Shown one piece after another: positions 10,066-20,353 of a DNA stretch of 64,000 nt (the stretch's first letter is position 1; each line of letters begins with the position of its first letter). The stretch lies in contig CBFIAF010000004.1 in the NCBI GenBank assembly GCA_965660545.1, positions 76,655-140,654 on the forward strand, written 5' to 3'. The notes beneath the pieces were generated by a model. It was not told where the DNA came from. It made no database searches and worked only from the letters and a program-made list of their open reading frames with translations. The translations under genes were made by a program, and so were the position numbers. The DNA comes from Alphaproteobacteria bacterium. Its GTDB lineage: Bacteria > Pseudomonadota > Alphaproteobacteria > Bin95.

Positions 10066-13000
10066 ATGATGGCTTTGAATGCAGGCAATGCCGCCGCTAT
10101 CGACAAGCACACATCCTTAACTGGCCGCGCCGCGCGACTTATCGTTGATGCCCGTTGGCTCTGGTTAGTGCTTACAGTCGCACTGGTGGCCTTATCGATC
10201 GCCCGGATTGACCAAATTTGGCCCCTAGACCCAAATGCCCGAGTCTTCTTCGCCCCGGAAAATCCAGACAGGCAGGCCCTCGACCGATTTGAAGAAACTT
10301 TCGCCAAAGATGACAATCTGATGATTGTGGTCGTACCCAAGGGCGGCGATATTTTTGACCCAAAGGTGCTTGGCGTCATCGGTGAGATCACGGAGAAGGC
10401 TTGGCGTCTGCCGTTCGTGCGCCGGGTCGATTCCATCACAAATTTCCAGCACACATATTCCGAAGCCGACGAGATGATCGTCCGAGATCTGGTTGAGAAC
10501 TCAGCAACCGTGACAGCAGAGCAAGCCGCAGAGGCCAAACGCTTAGCGTTAGAGCGGGTAGAAATCGTTGACCTGTTCGTGCCGAAAGCAGCGGATGTGA
10601 CCCAGGTTTCCGTCCGCTTCACCCTGCCCCAGAAGGATACTTTGACAGAGGTCCCGTCCATCGTGGCTGCGGCCATGGAATTACGGACAGAGCTTGAAGC
10701 GGCTTATCCGTTCATCGACATCCGCTTCAGCGGCGCTGTTATGATCAACAACCAGTTCTCAGTCTCTGGTCAGGCGGACAGTAAGAACCTGCTGGGGCCA
10801 ATGTTCATCGTGATCCTGCTGATTGTTGGCCTGGCGCTTCGTTCCATCTTTGGCACATTTAGCGTGCTGATCGTAATCACGCTTTCTGCCCTCGGCGGAC
10901 TTGGTGCCCTTGGCTGGATGGGCTTACCGCTGAACTCCGTCACGATCCTGGCACCGCTCTACATCCTGACGCTTGCAGTGGCGTCCGCAGTACACATCCT
11001 CTCATCTTGCCGACAAACCATGGTGGAAACAGCAGACCGCAAGCAATGGGCGATCCGCGCATTAGAAGACCATATGGGCGCCATCGTGATCGCCTGCGTA
11101 ACGACATCTATCGGCTTCTTCTGCCTGAACTTCTCGATCTCACCGCCATTCCGCCAACTGGGCAATGTCGTCGGCATCGGCGTATTGGCGGCGATGGTCT
11201 ACACCCTGACCCTCCTGCCAACACTAGTGACGCTGCTGCCGATCGGTCGCCGCACATCGCAAGCTGGCGCCAGCAAGCTCATGGACAAGTTGGCCGAGTT
11301 CGTCATCGCCGAGCGCAAATTACTGCTGCCAGGAACAGCGCTGCTGGTGGCAGGGCTCGCAGTGGGTGTCAGCCAACTACGCCTGGAAGACGATTTCTTG
11401 CGTTATTTCGATGAACGCTATGAGTTCCGCCAAGATGCTGATTTCATTGAGGAACGGCTAACCGGAGTAAGCGGTATCGAATTCCCCCTACCCTCCGGCG
11501 AGGCCCAAGGCGTCAATGATCCGGCGTTCCTGAAAGAAGTGACTGCATTCACGGATTGGCTACGCAATCAGCCGGAAGTGACTTATGTCAGCAGCCTGAC
11601 AGACACCATTAAACGCCTGAACATGAACATGCATGGAGATGACCCGACCTTCTTCAGAATCCCCGATAACCGTGAGGAAGCGAGCCAATATCTGTTCCTG
11701 TACGAATTGAGCATCGGCTACGGCATGGACCTGACGGACCGCATCGATGTGGACCGCCGCACCATGCGTGTCACAGTGCTAATGGCGAACGTGACAACCG
11801 CCGCCATGCGCGGCCTGACCCTGCGCGCCGGCGACTGGTTGAACGGCAATGCCCCCGTCATCCAATCCGGTTGGAAATCAGAAAACCCGTTAGTCAGGCT
11901 CGTCACGCCAACTGGCGTCGTTCACGTGTTTAACCTGATCTCATACCGTGATGTGCGGGCGATGCTGTCTGGCACGCTCATCGCGCTGATCCTGATATCT
12001 GGCATTATCACCATCGCGCTCTGGAATTTGAAAATTGGGCTGGTGAGCCTGATCCCAAATATTATCCCCGCCGTTATGGCGTTTGGCATATGGGGCTATG
12101 GGGTCGGCGCAGTAACGCTTGCAATTGCGGTTGTGTTAGCCGCGACGCTGGGGATTGTGGTGGACGACACAGTCCACTTCCTCTCCAAATATACCGAAGC
12201 CCGAAAGCGTGGGGCGAGCGCGGAGGATGGTGTGCGTTTCGCGTTCAAATCCGTCGGCATGGCGATGTTCGTGACAACGCTTGGCTTGGTTGGCGGGTTC
12301 GCAGTGCTGGCCCAATCGGGCTTCGCTGTGAACGGCGACATGGCGAAATTGACCGCGATTACGATAACTTTAGCGCTCGTCGCTGACTTCCTCCTCCTGC
12401 CTTCCTTGCTGATTTGGCTCGAAACCCGGAGAAAACCGATGATCAAACCTGTTGCTGCTGCAACATTGGCGAGCCTACTGGCCGGCGCTGCGTTCACACC
12501 ACGCCCCGCCAGCGCTGAAACACCTGAAGAAAAAGGCCTAGCCATCGCCCTCGAAGCAGACCAGCGCGACCTCGGCTTCGGCGATTTCACGGCAAATGGA
12601 GAAATGGTACTGCGCGACAAGCAAGGCCGCGAGAGCCGCCGTGTATTCGACAACATGACCCGTGAACGGCCCGAGACCAATGTCGGCGACTTCGGCGTCA
12701 TCGTCTTCCGTAAGCCAAGGGACATTCGAGGGACGACACTGCTGACCCACGCCAAAGTTGAACCGAATGACGACGACCAGTGGCTTTATCTCCCTGCCGT
12801 AAAGCGCGTGAAGCGAATTTCATCCTCCAACCGCACCGGAAAGTTCGTATCGTCAGAATTCTCCTACGAGGATCTCGGCAGCCAGGAAGTGGCAGACTAC
12901 GATTACAAATGGCTCCGCGATGAACCTTGCCCAACGGACCCAGCCATGACCTGTCATGTCTCGGAGAGTGTTCCGAAGAACAAGAAATCTGGATACTCCA

Positions 13001-13260
13001 AGCGCATCACTTGGACGGACACTGCTAAATTTCGCCTGCAGGCCATCCATTTTTTCAACCGGCGCGGCGACTTGGAAAAGCAGCTGACCTTCACGGGCTA
13101 CCAGCAGTATCTCGGTAAATACTGGCGCGCTGGAACGATGCGAATGGAGAACAAGCAGACCGGCAAATCGACCGACCTCTTGTGGACAAACTACAAGTTC
13201 GGCAATGGCTTAAGTGAGGCTGACTTTGACGCCAATCGCCTGAAACGCCTGGCGCGGTAA
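10066..13260 (+). CDS. MMPL/RND-superfamily membrane transporter fused in-frame to a C-terminal LolA-like (outer-membrane lipoprotein-sorting-protein/DUF1329-like) periplasmic domain
   Basis: 1064 aa. The first roughly 785 residues carry two 6-TM bundles typical of MMPL/RND (SSD-like) transporters. Residues about 786-1064 begin with a signal-peptide-like segment (MIKPVAAATLASLLAGAAFTPRPASA) preceded by GGAGAAAA, and resemble LolA-like periplasmic proteins usually encoded as a separate gene next to MMPL transporters. Confidence 0.7.
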   Translation: MMALNAGNAAAIDKHTSLTGRAARLIVDARWLWLVLTVALVALSIARIDQIWPLDPNARVFFAPENPDRQALDRFEETFAKDDNLMIVVVPKGGDIFDPKVLGVIGEITEKAWRLPFVRRVDSITNFQHTYSEADEMIVRDLVENSATVTAEQAAEAKRLALERVEIVDLFVPKAADVTQVSVRFTLPQKDTLTEVPSIVAAAMELRTELEAAYPFIDIRFSGAVMINNQFSVSGQADSKNLLGPMFIVILLIVGLALRSIFGTFSVLIVITLSALGGLGALGWMGLPLNSVTILAPLYILTLAVASAVHILSSCRQTMVETADRKQWAIRALEDHMGAIVIACVTTSIGFFCLNFSISPPFRQLGNVVGIGVLAAMVYTLTLLPTLVTLLPIGRRTSQAGASKLMDKLAEFVIAERKLLLPGTALLVAGLAVGVSQLRLEDDFLRYFDERYEFRQDADFIEERLTGVSGIEFPLPSGEAQGVNDPAFLKEVTAFTDWLRNQPEVTYVSSLTDTIKRLNMNMHGDDPTFFRIPDNREEASQYLFLYELSIGYGMDLTDRIDVDRRTMRVTVLMANVTTAAMRGLTLRAGDWLNGNAPVIQSGWKSENPLVRLVTPTGVVHVFNLISYRDVRAMLSGTLIALILISGIITIALWNLKIGLVSLIPNIIPAVMAFGIWGYGVGAVTLAIAVVLAATLGIVVDDTVHFLSKYTEARKRGASAEDGVRFAFKSVGMAMFVTTLGLVGGFAVLAQSGFAVNGDMAKLTAITITLALVADFLLLPSLLIWLETRRKPMIKPVAAATLASLLAGAAFTPRPASAETPEEKGLAIALEADQRDLGFGDFTANGEMVLRDKQGRESRRVFDNMTRERPETNVGDFGVIVFRKPRDIRGTTLLTHAKVEPNDDDQWLYLPAVKRVKRISSSNRTGKFVSSEFSYEDLGSQEVADYDYKWLRDEPCPTDPAMTCHVSESVPKNKKSGYSKRITWTDTAKFRLQAIHFFNRRGDLEKQLTFTGYQQYLGKYWRAGTMRMENKQTGKSTDLLWTNYKFGNGLSEADFDANRLKRLAR

Positions 13261-14486
13261 TGGACGCGGTCCGCACATCCGCACTGGCGACGCTGGCCCT
13301 CACTTTAGCCGGGCCACCTGCGCTCGCGGCACCGCCGGAGCATCAGGAGATATTTGGCAAGATTGACTTTGACGCGACAGGATTTGCCGGAGCACCACAA
13401 TTTGCCGGCCAGGACCGCCATGCCGCCTCCATCGCTGGCACAGCGACGCTACTGTTGGAATGGAATGATGGCGACATCGCCTTCAAGTTCACCCCATTCG
13501 CCCACTTCGACGAGGCGGATGATGAGCGCACGCACGCCGATATCCGTGAATTGAAGGTTGACTATATCAGCGGCCCATGGTCCGCCACATTTGGCGTCGA
13601 CACGGTGTTTTGGGGAAAAACGGAAGCGGTCCATCTGGTCGATATCATCAATCAAACAGATCAGGTCGAGGATTTGAACGATGAGGACCGGCTGGGCCAA
13701 CCGCTCGTCCGCGTGGCTTACCTGGCGGAAGCTGGTGAATTCTCCGCATTCTTCTTGCCCTATTTCCGCGAGCGCACCTTCCCAGGCGAAGATGGACGCC
13801 TCCGCACCAGCCTGCCGATAGATACCGACCGAGCGATCTATGATACGAGCGCCGAAGAATGGACGACTGCCACCGCCATGCGCTTTGCAGGCGTGTTTGG
13901 GGACGTGGATTTTGGCGTGTCCGGTTTCTATGGCCTAGGACGCGATCCCGCATTCGTGTTTCAGGGCGGTGCGCTGCGCCCGTTCTATGAACTAGTCGGC
14001 CAAATCGGGTTTGATGCGCAATACACATCTGGTGCTACGCTTTGGAAATTTGAAGGCATAGGCAGGATCAACCAGAAAAACCGTGATTTCGTGAACGAGG
14101 ATTTCGCTGCCGCTACTGGCGGATTGGAACACACCCTATTCGCCGTAGACGGCGACAACATGGACCTTGGCCTGATCGCGGAAAATGCACTCGATAGCCG
14201 CTTCGATGACGCCACTACCGTCTTCCAGAATGACTTGATTTTGGGGGTCCGGTTGGCGTTCAACGACCCCGCCAGTTCAAGCCTACTTTTCACCAGCGCG
14301 ATCGACGTCAAGAGCGCTGAAACCAATCTCCGCCTAGAAGCCAAAACCCGTGTTTGTGAAGATATAGCGCTCGGGCTCGAAGGCCAGGCCTTTCTCAATA
14401 CGGACAATCAAGGCCTTGCATCCTCGCTCAAACGGGATTCCTATTTGCGTGTGAAATTAACCTACTTCTTCGGCGGCGGCGCTTGA
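13260..14486 (+). CDS. Secreted protein, probable outer-membrane beta-barrel partner of the MMPL system
   Basis: Signal peptide (MDAVRTSALATLALTLAGPPALAAPP). The C-terminus ends in aromatic-rich LTYFFGGGA. Its start overlaps the upstream stop (TAATG), so it is co-operonic with the MMPL/LolA-like gene. Confidence 0.5.
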   Translation: MDAVRTSALATLALTLAGPPALAAPPEHQEIFGKIDFDATGFAGAPQFAGQDRHAASIAGTATLLLEWNDGDIAFKFTPFAHFDEADDERTHADIRELKVDYISGPWSATFGVDTVFWGKTEAVHLVDIINQTDQVEDLNDEDRLGQPLVRVAYLAEAGEFSAFFLPYFRERTFPGEDGRLRTSLPIDTDRAIYDTSAEEWTTATAMRFAGVFGDVDFGVSGFYGLGRDPAFVFQGGALRPFYELVGQIGFDAQYTSGATLWKFEGIGRINQKNRDFVNEDFAAATGGLEHTLFAVDGDNMDLGLIAENALDSRFDDATTVFQNDLILGVRLAFNDPASSSLLFTSAIDVKSAETNLRLEAKTRVCEDIALGLEGQAFLNTDNQGLASSLKRDSYLRVKLTYFFGGGA

Positions 14487-14490
14487 TCTG

Positions 14491-15114
14491 ATGAATGAAA
14501 TGTCCCCACACGTGCAGGCCGCAGCAACCAGAGCCGAAATCTGTCGCCACGCGCTCGACCTATTTTCCCACTACGGCTTTCAGAAAACCAATATCGGCGA
14601 TATTGCGAAGCGCTGTGAGATGTCTCCGGGCAATCTTTATCGGTTCTTCAAGAACAAGCAGGCTATCGGCATCGCCGTTGTGCACGGGTATTTCGATCTG
14701 ATGGAAGCCGCTATGGATATGGCGCTGGCGCAGGCGGGTGACGCCCCTGAAACACGCATCCGCATATTCATCGAAACCGGCGTCGCTCACTTAGTAGATG
14801 AATTGGAGCGGACGCCAAAAATCGTCGAGCTAGCGGAATTTCTCTGTGAAGATGCAGACGGCCTCGCCATGTTGGAGGAACACATCAGCTGGAAACGTGA
14901 GCGCGTTGCCCGTGAGATCAGACGAGGTATCGAATCCGGTCACCTCAACGGGCTTGATCCGGAACCAACCGCTGCCGCTGTCCTAAACGCGCTGAAGGCA
15001 TTCTGGATGCCAATAACGTTGGTAAACTGGATTGATCGGACAACCATAATGCCCGAACTTCGCGCCATTCTCGACGTCATGTTCGCTGGTCTGGCCGTGC
15101 AGAAAACTGACTAG
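14491..15114 (+). CDS. TetR/AcrR family transcriptional regulator
   Basis: N-terminal TetR HTH (TNIGDIAKRCEMSPGNLYRFFKNKQA). 207 aa, at the end of the transporter operon. Confidence 0.85.
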   Translation: MNEMSPHVQAAATRAEICRHALDLFSHYGFQKTNIGDIAKRCEMSPGNLYRFFKNKQAIGIAVVHGYFDLMEAAMDMALAQAGDAPETRIRIFIETGVAHLVDELERTPKIVELAEFLCEDADGLAMLEEHISWKRERVAREIRRGIESGHLNGLDPEPTAAAVLNALKAFWMPITLVNWIDRTTIMPELRAILDVMFAGLAVQKTD

Positions 15115-16844
15115 GCTGTTTTAGCCGCCGTGATACCAAGTTCTTCCATCATCAGATCGCGCATGACGAACTTCTGCGGCTTGCCTGTTACCGTCATCGG
15201 AATTTCATCAACGAAACGGACGAGTGCTGGAACTTTGTAATGGGCAATTTTGCCCTTACAGAAGCCGATGATTTCAGCTTCCGTTGGCTCTGTTCCAGGC
15301 CTTTTGATAATCCATACAGCGCTGATCTCACCAAATCGCTCATCCGGAAGGCCGAACACTTGCACCTGGCTTACGGCCGGGTGGTTATAAAGAAATTCTT
15401 CAATCTCGCGCGGATAGATGTTCTCACCACCGCGCACGATCATGTCTTTGACGCGGCCTGTGATGTTACAGAAGCCTTCTGCATCAATCGTCGCGAGATC
15501 ACCGGTTTTCATCCAGCCCCCATCATCGATGGCAGCATCCGTCTGCTCCTCGTCGCCCCAATAGCGCTGCATGACGCTATAACCGCGCGTCCAAAGCTCG
15601 CCCTGCTCGCCAATCGGCACAGCAGCACCTTCCCCATCAACGACTTTGACTTCCACATGAGGATGCACGCGGCCAACGGATGTAACGCGCTTTTCCAATG
15701 GATCATCGACATTGCTCTGGAAGGAGACCGGGCTCGTCTCCGTCATGCCATAAGCGATGGTGACGTCGCTCATATTCATCACGCCTTGCACTTGGCGCAT
15801 CACCTCAATAGGACAGGGCGCTCCGGCCATAATGCCTGTGCGCAGAGCCGAGAGGTCATAGGATTTAAGGTCCGGTAATTCTAGTTCAGCAACGAACATT
15901 GTCGGCACGCCATAGAGCGCGGTGCACTTGGCGTCCGATACGGCCTGCATGGTCGCGGCAGGCTCAAAACCTTCGCCCGGAACGACCATGGCCGCCCCCT
16001 TTGTGACACAGCCAAGCGTGCCCATAACCATGCCGAAGCAATGATAAAATGGGACTGGAATGCACAGCCTGTCTGCTTCCGTAAACTCCATCGCAGCCGT
16101 TGTGAAATGGGCGTTATTAACGATATTCCGGTGGGTCAGCGTCGCCCCTTTAGGCTGTCCTGTGGTGCCGGAGGTGAACTGGATGTTGATCGGCTCATTC
16201 CGGTCCAGCGTGGCCGTGATCGCATCCAGGTCCGCCACATCAACGGCATCGCCCATAGCAACAACAGCGTCGAAGCCCAGCATGCCTGCGGGTGCATCAT
16301 TGCCCATACAGATCACGCGTTTCAGCTGCAGTAGGCGAACGGCGTTGAGTTCATTGGACGCGTTGTGGTTGCTCAGTTCAGGCACCAGTTCTAGAATCAT
16401 CTCGGCATAGTCCGAAGACTTGAATGACCGCGCCGCTATCAGCCCCTTACAGCCAACTTTGTTCAGCACATATTCAAGCTCATAAACCCGATAAGCAGGA
16501 TTGATATTGACCAGAATAATGCCAACCCGCGCGGTTGCGAACTGGGCGAGCAGCCATTCAACGCGGTTTGGCGCCCATATACCGACCCTGTCGCCTTTAC
16601 GAAAACCGAGCGCGTGTAAACCGCCTGCCAGCCGGTCGACCTGATGGTCGAACTCAGCATAGGTCCAATGGATGTTTTGGGTGGGTAAGATTGCAGCATC
16701 CCGGTCCCCAAATCGCGCCGCTGTATCTTTCAGGACGACAGGGATCGTGTCCTCGATTAATGGCGATGTGACACCGCCGATTACGTGGGAAACGCCAGCT
16801 TGGGGTTCCCGGCCATCAAGGATCACAGCTGCTGAATCCATCAT
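15111..16844 (-). CDS. AMP-dependent acyl-CoA synthetase/ligase (fatty-acid-CoA ligase family)
   Basis: AMP-binding motif TSGTTGQPKG plus the downstream adenylate-forming signature. 577 aa. Confidence 0.85.
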   Translation of the reverse strand: MMDSAAVILDGREPQAGVSHVIGGVTSPLIEDTIPVVLKDTAARFGDRDAAILPTQNIHWTYAEFDHQVDRLAGGLHALGFRKGDRVGIWAPNRVEWLLAQFATARVGIILVNINPAYRVYELEYVLNKVGCKGLIAARSFKSSDYAEMILELVPELSNHNASNELNAVRLLQLKRVICMGNDAPAGMLGFDAVVAMGDAVDVADLDAITATLDRNEPINIQFTSGTTGQPKGATLTHRNIVNNAHFTTAAMEFTEADRLCIPVPFYHCFGMVMGTLGCVTKGAAMVVPGEGFEPAATMQAVSDAKCTALYGVPTMFVAELELPDLKSYDLSALRTGIMAGAPCPIEVMRQVQGVMNMSDVTIAYGMTETSPVSFQSNVDDPLEKRVTSVGRVHPHVEVKVVDGEGAAVPIGEQGELWTRGYSVMQRYWGDEEQTDAAIDDGGWMKTGDLATIDAEGFCNITGRVKDMIVRGGENIYPREIEEFLYNHPAVSQVQVFGLPDERFGEISAVWIIKRPGTEPTEAEIIGFCKGKIAHYKVPALVRFVDEIPMTVTGKPQKFVMRDLMMEELGITAAKTA

Positions 16845-16884
16845 TCTATCTCCTTAGCCCCAATCATACCGGCGTCCTTACGGC

Positions 16885-17799
16885 TCAAATCGGGTCCCAA
16901 TCAAAATATTCACCTGTTCCGTCGAGGCCCGTCATTTCGCGGCGGATAGATGGTTCCAGCATGGCTGCCAGGCTATCATGGGTCCATCCAGCACCGTTAT
17001 GCACCGTCTTTGCGGGGCGCGGCTGGGTGAACAGATAGATTTCGTTACCGCGCACGCCAAACACTTGGCCATTCACGCCGCTTGCAGCATCACTGGAAAG
17101 ATAGCTAACGACTGGTGCGACATGTTCCGCCGTAGCGCCGGTGCGGAAAGCTTCAAATGAACGGGCCTGCTCCTCGCTCTTGATCGGGATGCTTTCAATC
17201 ATCCGCGTCCAAGCAAAAGGGGCAACGCAGTTGGACCGGACACCCTTATGGGCACCCTCCATGGCAATCACACGGCTCATGCCTACAATGCCCATTTTTG
17301 CTGCTGCATAATTCGCTTGCCCAATTTGGCCGACGAGGCCGGAGGTCGAGGTGAAATGCACGAACGCGCCATTGCCCTTCTCGCGCATATGCTCAATCGC
17401 AGCGCGGGAGGTGTTGAAGCAGCCGTTTAAGTGCACATCCAACACGGCCTTCCAATCGCCTTCTTCCATTTTGTGGAACATGCCATCCCGCAAGATGCCC
17501 GCCACGTTGACGACGCAATCAATGCCACCGAAAACATCCATCGCTGCTTCAACCATGCGCTTGGCGCCGGACATTTCGGCCACGCTATCAGTGTTGTAGG
17601 TGGCTTCACCGCCAGCAGCACGGATATCTGCTGCGGTTTCTTCTGCTGGGCCGGCATTGCCTTCCCCGCCATCAAGCCCTGCGCCCAAGTCGTTCACGAC
17701 GACCTTTGCGCCGCCTTTCGCCATATCCATCGCGATCGCGCGGCCAATGCCCCGCCCGCTGCCTGTGATAAGCGCTACCTTGCGATCAAGAATTCCCAT
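16885..17799 (-). CDS. SDR family oxidoreductase (3-hydroxyacyl-CoA dehydrogenase-like)
   Basis: Gly-rich NAD(P) motif ITGSGRGIGRAIA and a YxxxK catalytic region. 304 aa with a C-terminal extension. Confidence 0.8.
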   Translation of the reverse strand: MGILDRKVALITGSGRGIGRAIAMDMAKGGAKVVVNDLGAGLDGGEGNAGPAEETAADIRAAGGEATYNTDSVAEMSGAKRMVEAAMDVFGGIDCVVNVAGILRDGMFHKMEEGDWKAVLDVHLNGCFNTSRAAIEHMREKGNGAFVHFTSTSGLVGQIGQANYAAAKMGIVGMSRVIAMEGAHKGVRSNCVAPFAWTRMIESIPIKSEEQARSFEAFRTGATAEHVAPVVSYLSSDAASGVNGQVFGVRGNEIYLFTQPRPAKTVHNGAGWTHDSLAAMLEPSIRREMTGLDGTGEYFDWDPI

Positions 17800-17950
17800 G
17801 TTTCTTTGTCCTTGCTCTTAAGCGTAATTCGATTGGCGCATCCTGCTTTGGGCAAGCGATTAGAGCAAGACCGCATCCAACACATTTCGTGATTGCTGGC
17901 GCCGGCTCTGCGGCCTAACAATACAGGACGAAAAAAAATTGAGAGGGCCG

Positions 17951-19852
17951 ATGATGACCGAAACCTTTGATCAGATGCAGCAACGCGCGCTGACCGACCC
18001 GGAAAGCTTCTGGGCCGAAGCGGCAAAGGCTATCGATTGGTTCAAACCAGCAGATCAGGTTTTGGCGCCCGAGGGCTACTTCCCCCGGCGTTGGTTCGTC
18101 GGTGCAGAGACAAACACTTGCTACAACGCGCTTGACCGACATGTCGCCAACGGACGCGGTGATCAGGCGGCAGTCATTTATGACAGCCCAATCACGGGTG
18201 CTAAAGCCACATACACATACGCAGAAATGTTGGACCAGACAGCACGATTTGCTGGCGTTCTGGCCGGACTTGGCGTCGGCAAAGGCGACCGGATCGTCAT
18301 CTACATGCCGATGATCCCAGAAACCGCCGTCGCCATGCTGGCCTGCGCGCGGTTGGGTGCCATTCATTCGGTTGTGTTTGGTGGGTTTGCAGCCAATGAA
18401 CTTGCCGTCCGCATTGATGACAGTGCGGCCAAAATTATTGTGACGGCCTCGTGCGGGATCGAGCCGGGTCGGATCATTCCTTACAAGCCACTGCTAGACG
18501 GCGCCATCGACCTCGCCAGCCACACGCCGGACCATTGCGTGGTCTTCCAGCGTGAACAGGCAACGGCAGACATGCAACCAGGCCGGGATGTGGATTGGGA
18601 GGGCGCTATGGCCACAGCGGAACCCGCCCCCTGCACCCCCGTTGCGGCGACGGACCCGCTCTATGTGCTCTATACCTCCGGCACGACCGGGGAGCCGAAA
18701 GGCGTAGTGCGCGACAATGGCGGGCATATGGTGGCGCTCGCTTGGTCGATGAAGCACATCTACGGCATGGAGCCCGGTGAGACCTATTGGGCCGCATCCG
18801 ATGTCGGCTGGGTCGTTGGCCACAGCTATATCGTCTATGCACCACTGCTTTACGGCTGCACGACGGTTCTGTTTGAAGGCAAGCCTATCGGCACGCCAGA
18901 TGCGGGTGTGTTCTGGCGCGTCATCGCGGAACATGATGTGAAGCTGCTTTTCACCGCACCAACGGCCTTCCGCGCGATCCGCCGAGATGATCCAGAAGGC
19001 AAGCTCATCAAGCAATATGATTTATCCAGCCTCCGCGCGCTTTTCCTAGCGGGTGAACGCTCTGATCCTGCAACGCTGGAATGGGCAGAAGCACAGCTTG
19101 GCGTTCCGGTGATTGACCATTGGTGGCAAACGGAAACCGGTTGGCCGATCTGCTCCAACTGCATGGGCTATGACCTGCTGGAGATCAAACACGGCTCACC
19201 CGCGCGGCCTGTCGCCGGATATGACATTCGTGTTCTGGATGAAGGCGGAAACGAAGTGCCTACTGGCGAAATCGGCGCGTTGGTCATCAAAACGCCCTTG
19301 CCGCCCGGCACATTCCCAACGCTCTGGAATGCCCATGACCGCTATATGTCCTCCTATTTCAACAACTTCCCTGGATACTATGAGACGGCGGACGCAGGAT
19401 ATATTGACGAAACCGGCTATATCTTCGTCATGGCCCGCACGGATGACATCATCAATGTTGCCGGTCATAGGCTCTCAACTGGCGGCATGGAGGAAGTACT
19501 GTCCGCGCACAAAGATATAGCGGAATGCGCAGTCGTTGGCGTCGCGGATCAATTGAAAGGGCAAACGCCCGTAGGCTTCTTGGTGCTGTCCAGCGGCGTG
19601 AACCGGCCAAACGAGGACATCCAAAGCGAATGCGTCGCCATGATCCGCGATAAGATTGGCCCGGTCGCAGCATTCAAAAGCGCCATCGTTGTTGACCGGT
19701 TGCCGAAAACGCGATCGGGCAAGGTCTTGCGCGGCACGATGCAGAAGATTGCTGACAGCCAGACGTTCAAAATGCCCGCCACCATCGACGACCCCAAAAT
19801 CCTGGCGGAAATCAAGGACGCCTTAAAGCTGGCAGGCTACGCGAAGGCTTAG
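17951..19852 (+). CDS. prpE: Propionate-CoA ligase (acetyl/propionyl-CoA synthetase family)
   Basis: The N-terminus (TETFDQMQQRALTDPESFWAEAAKAIDWFKP ... NTCYNALDRHV) and the roughly 630 aa length match PrpE better than Acs. AMP-binding motif YTSGTTGEPKG. The annotated ORF begins at a TTG at 17939; the ATG at 17951 follows GAGAGGG. Confidence 0.65.
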   Translation: MMTETFDQMQQRALTDPESFWAEAAKAIDWFKPADQVLAPEGYFPRRWFVGAETNTCYNALDRHVANGRGDQAAVIYDSPITGAKATYTYAEMLDQTARFAGVLAGLGVGKGDRIVIYMPMIPETAVAMLACARLGAIHSVVFGGFAANELAVRIDDSAAKIIVTASCGIEPGRIIPYKPLLDGAIDLASHTPDHCVVFQREQATADMQPGRDVDWEGAMATAEPAPCTPVAATDPLYVLYTSGTTGEPKGVVRDNGGHMVALAWSMKHIYGMEPGETYWAASDVGWVVGHSYIVYAPLLYGCTTVLFEGKPIGTPDAGVFWRVIAEHDVKLLFTAPTAFRAIRRDDPEGKLIKQYDLSSLRALFLAGERSDPATLEWAEAQLGVPVIDHWWQTETGWPICSNCMGYDLLEIKHGSPARPVAGYDIRVLDEGGNEVPTGEIGALVIKTPLPPGTFPTLWNAHDRYMSSYFNNFPGYYETADAGYIDETGYIFVMARTDDIINVAGHRLSTGGMEEVLSAHKDIAECAVVGVADQLKGQTPVGFLVLSSGVNRPNEDIQSECVAMIRDKIGPVAAFKSAIVVDRLPKTRSGKVLRGTMQKIADSQTFKMPATIDDPKILAEIKDALKLAGYAKA

Positions 19853-19858
19853 ATTTTC

Positions 19859-20353
19859 TTAGGCGACGAGGTTACGGCGCTTCAGCAGCGTCTTAATCTC
19901 GCCATCCATGCAAAGCTCATCCCGCTGATTGTGCACGGTTGAGCGCAACACGACGACGCCAGTCGTGCGCCCAGATTCTAGCCCAACGACTTCCAACATC
20001 GGATATGTGGTGTCACCAGAAAACACTGGCGCCTTGAATTTGGCGGATACTTCGATGACTGCCTTCAAGGAATCCTGCACCACAAACGGGAAGTCGCCAG
20101 CGCCCGGCGCAGCTTGGATCAGCACCTGCAGGCCGTGGGCGAGAAGGCCTGGGAACCCCAGGCTGCGGCAATATTCAACGTCATAGTGGATCGGATGATT
20201 GTCGCCGCTAGCAAGTTGGAAGGCGGCAAACAGCGCATCGGTTTGGGTGCGCGATGGGTTTAGAAAGCGCTCACCAATGTCGAAATCCTCAAAATAGCGC
20301 TGTTCGGGGACTTTGTTGCCGCGCCAGGGGCGGGCTTCCGCTTCGCTCATCAA
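19859..20353 (-). CDS. MaoC-like (R)-specific enoyl-CoA hydratase/dehydratase
   Basis: Hot-dog fold signature (FAAFQLASGDNHPIHYD). 164 aa. Confidence 0.8.
   Translation of the reverse strand: MMSEAEARPWRGNKVPEQRYFEDFDIGERFLNPSRTQTDALFAAFQLASGDNHPIHYDVEYCRSLGFPGLLAHGLQVLIQAAPGAGDFPFVVQDSLKAVIEVSAKFKAPVFSGDTTYPMLEVVGLESGRTTGVVVLRSTVHNQRDELCMDGEIKTLLKRRNLVA

Noticed and set aside
17921-17950. A8 tract upstream of prpE as a regulatory element
   Set aside because: A single short homopolymer with no repeat or palindrome. It is noted only as a possible UP-element-like spacer.
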